In this document: positions 18,014 through 24,535 of the stretch, in pieces | Numbering within the stretch: the stretch's first letter is position 1 | How the letters are laid out: the number at the start of each line of letters is the position of its first letter | DNA from: a virus | Taxonomy: Duplodnaviria; Caudoviricetes | Length of the DNA: 25,589 nucleotides | IMG/VR virus record: IMGVR_UViG_3300025322_000150 | Span: 1-25,589 of that record | Direction: 5' to 3' (one strand) | Program-made: the position numbers and the translations under genes | The notes under the pieces: generated by a model | Database searches by the model: none | What the model was told of the DNA's origin: nothing | What the model saw: the letters and a program-made list of their open reading frames with translations, nothing else

Positions 18014-18379
18014 ATGCTCCAATCAAAATTGCGATTTGAAAATGAGCCTGAAGAAAAATTTAAATTAACTATTTCCAACTCTTTAAGAAATAGTATTAGA
18101 TTTGATTCCGCGGAAATCTCTGTGGGTAATGTGGGGATTTTTTTAGCAGTAACTATTAATGGATTAAGTAAACTAGAAGAACCTATTTACAACGAACTCA
18201 AAAAAATAGTCGAAGAAAATATTGGAGAAATTACAGATTTTGCAGGGGATCAAATAACAATAGGTGTTGAAAACAAACCTCTTGGCGGAAGCATAGCATC
18301 CGCTGCTTTAGAAGCTATACAAATAGTTTTACAAGAATTTTCAGCAGAAATAAAAACTGTACAAACAACAGTGGTTTAG
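18014..18379 (+). CDS. Small acidic protein, paralog of 17657-17986
   Basis: GAGGT RBS; alignment as for 17657-17986. Confidence 0.75.
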   Translation: MLQSKLRFENEPEEKFKLTISNSLRNSIRFDSAEISVGNVGIFLAVTINGLSKLEEPIYNELKKIVEENIGEITDFAGDQITIGVENKPLGGSIASAALEAIQIVLQEFSAEIKTVQTTVV

Positions 18380-18389
18380 GTAAAATTTT

Positions 18390-18728
18390 ATGGCTATAGA
18401 TAAATCAAAAATAGATGAAGAATTTTATCCACTAGTAGATGATCTAGATTTCTTTGCAAGTCTACTTCAAGCATTAGTAAATGCTTATATAAATGAATGG
18501 AATCCAAAACTCGAACAAGATAAAATTCTTGCGCAAGAAACACATGATAGAACCGTGGATCATAATGTCGGAGCATTAAGCGATCAACTATCTAAAGGAA
18601 TGGAACTAGTAGAGGATTCTATAACCTACATAGAAGATGCTATAACTGAATTAGAATTATTATCCGATGTTGATGAAGTATTAAAAAAATCCGCGGATGA
18701 ATTATATCGTTCAGTTGGTCCTCATTAG
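18390..18728 (+). CDS. Small acidic helical protein, paralog of 20713-21045
   Basis: IDKSKIDEEFYPLVDDLD vs LDKSKIHESFLDLATDLD; IEDAITELELLS vs IDDTFEELEFMS. Confidence 0.78.
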   Translation: MAIDKSKIDEEFYPLVDDLDFFASLLQALVNAYINEWNPKLEQDKILAQETHDRTVDHNVGALSDQLSKGMELVEDSITYIEDAITELELLSDVDEVLKKSADELYRSVGPH

Positions 18729-18749
18729 TATATAAAAGTAATACGGAAT

Positions 18750-19784
18750 ATGCGAATTCTTTGTACTGGGAATGCTGGGATGATGGGGTCTTGGCTTTGC
18801 GACAAATTAATAGAAAAAGGACACTCTGTAATAGGCGTTGATAATTTATCCGGCGGGCTAAAAGAAAACATTAATGACAAAGTAGAACAGTGGTATGATG
18901 ACCTGCGGGATGAAAAAGCAGTAAACAAGATTTTAGATTATTACTATAATAATGGAAGAATTGATGCTCTTTTTCATCTCGCAGCAGATGCAACTGAAGG
19001 AAGATCACAGTTCACCCCTAAATTCTGTGTAGAGAATAATACAGTAGCTTTTGTTAATTTAGCTAAAGCTGCGATTAAAACTAAGGTGCCATATTGGATA
19101 GTAGCAAGTAGTATGGCATGTTACGGGGATCAGAAATCACCATTTGACGAGTCACTCCCAAGAAATCCGGTAGACGTTTACGCTTGGTGTAAATCTTCGA
19201 TAGAGGGAATGACCGAAATATTTTCCGACGTATATGATTTTAGATACACGATTATTCGTCCTCATAATTTAGTGGGAAAACGTCAATTTTTATATGATTC
19301 TGCAAGAAATGTATTAGCAATATGGGTAAATTGTTTATTGCGGGATAAAAATTATTTTGTTTATGGCGACGGTTCACATGTTCGAAGCTGGAGTTATCTT
19401 GGCGATGTAATTGATGCAATGGTAAATTGTTTAGATAGAGATGTTCATGGTCAAATAATTAATCTAGGGGCAAAGACACCAAATACATTAAATGAATTAT
19501 CAGTAATGGTGAGAGAAGAATTTGAAAAGGTAACTGGTAAAAAGACACCAGATCCAGTATATTTACAGGATAGACCCAGAGAAGTGGCTGTGGCATATTC
19601 AACTGTTCAGAAGTCCATAGATTTACTTGGGTACAAGGAAACAAAAACATTAAGAGAAGCTGTTAGAGAATTTATAGAGTGGGCTTATAAGAAATATCCT
19701 TATGGTGTTAAACCAGTTTATTCTGTACCGTTAGAATTAGTAAATGAGAAAACTCCGCGGACTTGGGTAGACCAATTAATTTAA
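18750..19784 (+). CDS. NAD-dependent nucleotide-sugar epimerase/dehydratase (extended SDR)
   Basis: ILCTGNAGMMG (GxxGxxG), VDNLSGG, FHLAA, ASSMACYG, YAWCK (YxxxK), IIRPHN, VYGDGSHVRSW. Confidence 0.92.
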   Translation: MRILCTGNAGMMGSWLCDKLIEKGHSVIGVDNLSGGLKENINDKVEQWYDDLRDEKAVNKILDYYYNNGRIDALFHLAADATEGRSQFTPKFCVENNTVAFVNLAKAAIKTKVPYWIVASSMACYGDQKSPFDESLPRNPVDVYAWCKSSIEGMTEIFSDVYDFRYTIIRPHNLVGKRQFLYDSARNVLAIWVNCLLRDKNYFVYGDGSHVRSWSYLGDVIDAMVNCLDRDVHGQIINLGAKTPNTLNELSVMVREEFEKVTGKKTPDPVYLQDRPREVAVAYSTVQKSIDLLGYKETKTLREAVREFIEWAYKKYPYGVKPVYSVPLELVNEKTPRTWVDQLI

Positions 19785-19796
19785 GTGGGGGTTGCT

Positions 19797-20072
19797 ATGA
19801 ACGAAAATATTGATGTGGATAAAGTAGTAGATTTTGCAGAAAAAGCTTATGACATTGCTAGTATAATGAATCAGTATAATGTTGAGATTCTAAATCTCGG
19901 TGTTGACTTCGGGGGAATAATAAAGAGTCTTCAGAAGGAGCATCCAGAAGTAGCTTTTGACAATAGCGTGACTACCGATGCTTATAACAAAATACAAAGA
20001 GTTCTAGATTCCTTTAAAGAAAATATTGATGGATTACTCCGAGACCTCGACATTGACGCCACTAGAAATTAG
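19797..20072 (+). CDS. Small acidic helical protein
   Basis: GGGGGT RBS before ATG19797 (track start GTG19785). Confidence 0.72.
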   Translation: MNENIDVDKVVDFAEKAYDIASIMNQYNVEILNLGVDFGGIIKSLQKEHPEVAFDNSVTTDAYNKIQRVLDSFKENIDGLLRDLDIDATRN

Positions 20073-20098
20073 TGAATTGTTTAGTGTGGATCGGTCAA

Positions 20099-20152
20099 TT
20101 AGAATTAATAAATGAGAAAACTCCCAAAACTTGGGCCGACCAATTAATTTAG
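20099..20152 (+). repeat. Diverged direct repeat of the last 54 nt of the epimerase gene (19731-19784)
   Basis: 46/54 nt identical; LELINEKTPKTWADQLI* vs LELVNEKTPRTWVDQLI*. Confidence 0.92.
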
Positions 20153-20160
20153 AGGACTTC

Positions 20161-20367
20161 ATGTATAATTTACTTATCGAACGGGTCAATGATCTTAGAA
20201 AAGAACTTATTTCTGAAATTACTGATTTTAATAACGGGAGCAATAAAGATATTATGACTGCCGCAGATTTTGGAGGTATCACAGACGAGTATGAAAAAAT
20301 TGTCAACTATATAGATATGGTTGAACAATCCTTGGTGGAGATTGATAAAATAGAATCTGGATATTAA
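20161..20367 (+). CDS. Small acidic helical protein
   Basis: GAGGA RBS before ATG20161; the track's TTG20131 start lies inside the duplicated epimerase tail. Confidence 0.72.
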   Translation: MYNLLIERVNDLRKELISEITDFNNGSNKDIMTAADFGGITDEYEKIVNYIDMVEQSLVEIDKIESGY

Positions 20368-20382
20368 TAAGGAAAATAACTT

Positions 20383-20658
20383 ATGACACAAAATGAATCT
20401 AAATATTCAGGTGAAGCAGAACTAGAATTATTATATAGATTTTTTAATGAACATATACGTGCGTTTAATGATGTTGTGTTTTGGACGGAAATAACAGGAG
20501 ATTCCCATATATTCATAGACGTATTTTTTGGTAAAAGAGAATTGCCGTCTATTGAGCAGAGGATTACTTTACTATATAATTATTTAGACGAACAATCCCC
20601 AACTGGGGGTATGTCACAAATAGAACAATATGAAAGATGGCTGGATCAGCAATCTTAG
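20383..20658 (+). CDS. Small acidic hypothetical protein
   Basis: AAGGA upstream, 91 aa. Confidence 0.7.
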   Translation: MTQNESKYSGEAELELLYRFFNEHIRAFNDVVFWTEITGDSHIFIDVFFGKRELPSIEQRITLLYNYLDEQSPTGGMSQIEQYERWLDQQS

Positions 20659-20712
20659 CGTGGTGATAAAATTATTTTAAAAATGGCTTGAGACCAAACA
20701 AGATTAATATAA

Positions 20713-21045
20713 ATGTTAGATAAATCAAAAATACATGAAAGCTTTCTGGACTTAGCTACTGATCTAGATAAACTTCAAATAGAGTCTAACAAAATAATAG
20801 AATCATATACTTCAGAAATAAATAATTTAATACTTGAAATTGTTAAAAAAGCTGATATATTTCAAACAGGGGATTTTGACATAGACAATCTAACCAAAGA
20901 AATCGATCAACTTTTCAGTAATGCCGTGGAATTTATTAATGAAGTTAACGGCAAGATAGATGACACATTTGAAGAACTAGAGTTTATGTCAGAAAAGAGA
21001 AGTGTGGCTAGTAGAGGAATGGATTATTATAAAGTATCGGAGTAA
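20713..21045 (+). CDS. Small acidic helical protein, paralog of 18390-18728
   Basis: Alignment as for 18390-18728. Confidence 0.78.
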   Translation: MLDKSKIHESFLDLATDLDKLQIESNKIIESYTSEINNLILEIVKKADIFQTGDFDIDNLTKEIDQLFSNAVEFINEVNGKIDDTFEELEFMSEKRSVASRGMDYYKVSE

Positions 21046-21050
21046 CTAAA

Positions 21051-21347
21051 ATGGTTGGAGAAAACGTGCTTAAAGAAGTAAAAAGTGGGTTAACAAATCT
21101 TGTAGCAGAAGTTCAAAGATTAGAGGGTGACGCCGGCAAGTTAATTGATTTAATTCAGGATAAATATAGAGAACTGCAAAAAGAAGGAAATCGAGAACCA
21201 GATGATTTTATAATGATTAGTTTATCAGAATTGGATAAAGAACTAACTAATCCAAATTCAGAAGCGGGGGGAGAGGCTATAGTTACGCATTTAAGAAATA
21301 TGGCGGAATGGATTGACAGTCTTATAGCGTATACTGATGAGGAATAA
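21051..21347 (+). CDS. Small acidic helical-hairpin protein, probable paralog of 23417-23704
   Basis: LRNMAEWIDSLIAYTDEE vs ITVMAEYLDNLTNSIEEAQ. Confidence 0.75.
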   Translation: MVGENVLKEVKSGLTNLVAEVQRLEGDAGKLIDLIQDKYRELQKEGNREPDDFIMISLSELDKELTNPNSEAGGEAIVTHLRNMAEWIDSLIAYTDEE

Positions 21348-21352
21348 CTAAA

Positions 21353-21604
21353 ATGGCTAAATTTACACAGGATATGTTCTGGGACCATGCGTTAGAAGTA
21401 TCCCAGGAAGTTGCTAATGATCTAGATAGTATTATGAGAAAACTAGAAGATCTCCGCAGAGATATAGAAGAATCTGAATCAGAGGGTGTTCCGCAAGGAA
21501 TGAAGGATGATTTAAATAGAATTATTCAAAAAACTCAAGAAGTATACGATGCGGAACTAGCCGGATTTACTCAAAAGATAGAAAATCACCAGAATGAATT
21601 ATAA
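21353..21604 (+). CDS. Small acidic helical-hairpin protein
   Basis: 83 aa, two amphipathic helices, GAGGA upstream. Confidence 0.75.
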   Translation: MAKFTQDMFWDHALEVSQEVANDLDSIMRKLEDLRRDIEESESEGVPQGMKDDLNRIIQKTQEVYDAELAGFTQKIENHQNEL

Positions 21605-21619
21605 CTAAGGAGAATATTT

Positions 21620-21688
21620 GTGGGAGAGAGGGAGTTTATTAGAGATTATGATCCTCTTGAAGTAGGTAAAATATGCCGGCAAGAGTAA
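21620..21688 (+). pseudogene. Orphaned 5' fragment of the GT2 gene (mini-ORF overlapping the LAGLIDADG start)
   Basis: AAGGAG RBS + GTG21620; MGEREFIRDYDPLEVG aligns with MSSREFITDYNTEECA of 22537. Confidence 0.75.
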
Positions 21689-22533
21689 TAACAGATGAAC
21701 AAGTTAAAATAGGGATCTCTAGATACCAAAATGGAGAATCTATTAGTGAAATAAGTAGGTCATTTGGATTGAGGCCGGTTAGCCTCTGGTATCAATTTAG
21801 AAAATTAAATATTCCGATTAGAAACAGTTTTGATTCGAGAAGAAAAATAATTTGTAATGACTTTGCTTTTGATAAAGTTACTGAAGAATCAGCATACTGG
21901 GCGGGGTTTCTAACCGCTGACGGAAGTATTCACAGACAGAGCGGTTACTCGGGGAGATTAACGTTAAAGCTTTCTGAAAAAGATATAGGACATCTTGAGA
22001 AATTTAAGAAATTTTTAAACGTCGTCCATGAAATTAAAAAATGTGACGATAAAGTTCGTAAGAAAGTATATAAGCAAGCTTATATAGCTATAAGTTCTCC
22101 ATATCTTACGGAAGCGTTGGAATCTTACGGAATTAATGAATATAAAAGTTTCAGTGGGGCTTCAGAAAAAATAATTGGAAATAAACATTTTTGGAGAGGT
22201 GTGATAGATGGTGATGGCTGGGTAACGAATGTTGAAAGTTATGGTGCTTGTCGCATAGGACTTTGCGGAAATGTTCTTTTGATGAGTCAGTTTAAAGAAT
22301 TCTGTGAGAGTTGCGGTATAAGCACAATGCGTATTCGAGATCATTACCCTAAAAAACTTTTTAGTATTTTACTAAACGGGTTTAGTTCTATTATATTAGC
22401 TAGATTATTATATAAAAATTCTAATATATATCTGGATAGGAAATATCAGAAAGCCTTGGGTATAGTTAGTAAAGAAGTATTTTTACCGGAAGAAAAAAGA
22501 TTAAAACTGGAAGAGATTTTGAGAGGGGAATAA
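21673..22533 (+). CDS. Free-standing double-motif LAGLIDADG homing endonuclease with an N-terminal HTH
   Basis: SAYWAGFLTADGSI and HFWRGVIDGDGWV; YQNGESISEISRSFG HTH; YLDRKY C-terminal motif; no intein splice residues. Confidence 0.9.
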   Translation: MPARVITDEQVKIGISRYQNGESISEISRSFGLRPVSLWYQFRKLNIPIRNSFDSRRKIICNDFAFDKVTEESAYWAGFLTADGSIHRQSGYSGRLTLKLSEKDIGHLEKFKKFLNVVHEIKKCDDKVRKKVYKQAYIAISSPYLTEALESYGINEYKSFSGASEKIIGNKHFWRGVIDGDGWVTNVESYGACRIGLCGNVLLMSQFKEFCESCGISTMRIRDHYPKKLFSILLNGFSSIILARLLYKNSNIYLDRKYQKALGIVSKEVFLPEEKRLKLEEILRGE

Positions 22534-22536
22534 TAG

Positions 22537-23415
22537 ATGTCCAGTAGAGAATTTATTACAGATTATAATACAGAAGAATGTGCCATAGGTATAATAACTT
22601 TTAACGGCAATGCTAGAATATACAGGCTTTTAAAATCTCTTGTAAAGAATACACCTAATTTTGATTCGATGACAAAGGTTGTTGTAGACGATGGTTCAGC
22701 GGAAAGAGAATTAAAAATCCTTAGAGAAATCTGTAAAGAATTTAATGTTCCGTTAAGAGAGCATCGTAGAAATTTAGGGATTCCCGCGGGGTGGAATCAT
22801 TGTTATGAATATGCGAAGGAAAATAAATGTAAATACGGAGTATTGCTAAATGATGATTTAGAGATGACTCCAGACTGGCTAAAGTATTTAATGTTCTTTA
22901 TTAAGAATAATCAAAAAGTCGGCGGTGTTAGTCTCCAACAAAACGTGGGCGGGCAAGGAATAAGAATACCAGATGGCGCGGATATAAATAAGCCGTTTAG
23001 AAGAATTGCTGTTGAGGGTTATTGTTTTTTAACAGAATTAAAGAACTGGGAAATGGTCGGGAAATTTGACGAAGGATATTATAGTTTTTTCGAGGAATGC
23101 GATCTATTTTGCAAATTAGCAAAATTAGGTTATTACAGTTATGGAATACCACCATCTGTAATTCATGAATGGGGTGAAACATTTAGACAGAACGAAGATT
23201 TGTTATTTCCGAAAATCAGAATGAAGTTATCGAAAGAACTATTTGAACAAAATCACGGCGGTTCCATAGATCAAGTAGAGTATAAAGTTTTTGAAGCATC
23301 TGATTCCCTTAGCGAAAATAGATTTGAGAATTTATATTGGTTAAATCCAACAACTAACAAAGCCGATAGTATATCTTGGGGTGAATTAAAGAAATTAACT
23401 GTTAGGATGAAATAG
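22537..23415 (+). CDS. Glycosyltransferase family 2 (GT-A)
   Basis: IGIITFN, VVVDDGS, NLGIPAGWN, LLNDDL, VGKFDEGY...EECDL. Confidence 0.9.
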   Translation: MSSREFITDYNTEECAIGIITFNGNARIYRLLKSLVKNTPNFDSMTKVVVDDGSAERELKILREICKEFNVPLREHRRNLGIPAGWNHCYEYAKENKCKYGVLLNDDLEMTPDWLKYLMFFIKNNQKVGGVSLQQNVGGQGIRIPDGADINKPFRRIAVEGYCFLTELKNWEMVGKFDEGYYSFFEECDLFCKLAKLGYYSYGIPPSVIHEWGETFRQNEDLLFPKIRMKLSKELFEQNHGGSIDQVEYKVFEASDSLSENRFENLYWLNPTTNKADSISWGELKKLTVRMK

Positions 23416-23416
23416 A

Positions 23417-23704
23417 ATGGCAATAATTGCTAAAGAAAAAATAGGTGAAATAAATAGTAATCTTGTAGAAATAGCCAGTGCCCTAGAATCAATTAGATCT
23501 TTTTTACCAGATATAGATGCGTCGGTTGCAAAGATTGACGAGAGTTTTAATAATCTAAAAAGTATATCGCCAGATTTAGCGGATCCAATCTTTCAGAAAG
23601 GATTGGACATGCTAAAAGGATTTTCTACAGCAAGCTTAGAACCAATTACAGTTATGGCCGAATACCTGGATAATCTTACCAATTCTATAGAAGAAGCGCA
23701 ATAG
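23417..23704 (+). CDS. Small acidic helical-hairpin protein between the two GT2 genes
   Basis: 95 aa; similar to 21051-21347. Confidence 0.75.
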   Translation: MAIIAKEKIGEINSNLVEIASALESIRSFLPDIDASVAKIDESFNNLKSISPDLADPIFQKGLDMLKGFSTASLEPITVMAEYLDNLTNSIEEAQ

Positions 23705-23708
23705 AAAT

Positions 23709-24524
23709 ATGGGGTATATCTCCCTAGGCACCCCAGTTTATGGCGGGCACAGGCTATTAGAAAATCTATTAAAAAATCTTAAAAATCAGTATTGTTCAAA
23801 TTTTGAAGTGATTGTTATAGATGATGGTTCAAGTTCTTTAGAATCAGCATATATCCGCGGGCATTGTGTAGATTATGGCGCAAAATATATAAAACATGAA
23901 ACTAATCGCGGAGTAGCGGCGAGTTATAATACAATTGTAGAAAATAGTAAAGAAGGGTATATTTGTTTCTTAGACAACGATTTAGTAGTACCTAATAATT
24001 TTATAGATTGTTTATTATATTTCCTGCGGAATAATAAAACCGGAGTTGTAGGATTTAAGAGTGTTAAAGTAACAGAGGATGAGTTATACAGTTTAGGTGA
24101 TTCAGAAATAGTAGTAGATTACGGCGAAGAAAAAGCTCCGGAAATAGCCACAGAACTAGCCGGATATTGCTATGCTTTTGAACGTAGATTGTGGAAAGAT
24201 TTGAATGGATTCAATAATAACTTCAAGTATTATATATCGGATTCAGAGTTCTGCATCCGATTGCTGAAGGCTGGGTATCCCAGCTATCGAATGAAATATC
24301 CTGTAGTATATCATGTCGAACACGCAACTCTTGATGGGTACAAGGAGTTACGCGCATCGGAAAAATTAAATGATGATTTATTAGTTTTCAGAAACATGTA
24401 TAATGGAAAAAACCCCCGAGATGTAGAAGTAGACTTGTTAAAAAATTATGAATTACCTACAGTAAAATGGATTACTCCAACAGGACTTAAAGAGTCAACT
24501 TGTAGTTCTTGTATTAATTTATAA
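23709..24524 (+). CDS. Glycosyltransferase family 2 (GT-A), paralog of 22537-23415
   Basis: VIVIDDGS, NRGVAASYN, FLDNDL, GYCY, SDSEFC; shared C-terminal WxxPT. Confidence 0.9.
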   Translation: MGYISLGTPVYGGHRLLENLLKNLKNQYCSNFEVIVIDDGSSSLESAYIRGHCVDYGAKYIKHETNRGVAASYNTIVENSKEGYICFLDNDLVVPNNFIDCLLYFLRNNKTGVVGFKSVKVTEDELYSLGDSEIVVDYGEEKAPEIATELAGYCYAFERRLWKDLNGFNNNFKYYISDSEFCIRLLKAGYPSYRMKYPVVYHVEHATLDGYKELRASEKLNDDLLVFRNMYNGKNPRDVEVDLLKNYELPTVKWITPTGLKESTCSSCINL

Positions 24525-24535
24525 GATAAAATAAC

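Noticed and set aside
18726-18752. TAG read-through or code 15 recoding fusing 18390 to the epimerase (21-nt in-frame open gap)
   Set aside because: Other TAG stops are followed by out-of-frame starts or further stops, and all core genes are intact under code 11
20659-20712. Possible remnant C-terminus (KWLETKQD*) echoing RWLDQQS* of 20383-20658
   Set aside because: Too short and too diverged to distinguish from chance
21620-22590. Group I intron or intein carrying the LAGLIDADG ORF
   Set aside because: The ORF fills the whole interval with no space for ribozyme core helices, has its own start and stop, and lacks intein Cys/His-Asn ends; the downstream GT2 has a complete start
21051-23704. 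Calling the small helical proteins WXG100/type VII secretion substrates
   Set aside because: Size and hairpin pattern fit and some end in YxxxE, but there is no central WxG motif and no secretion ATPase in the window
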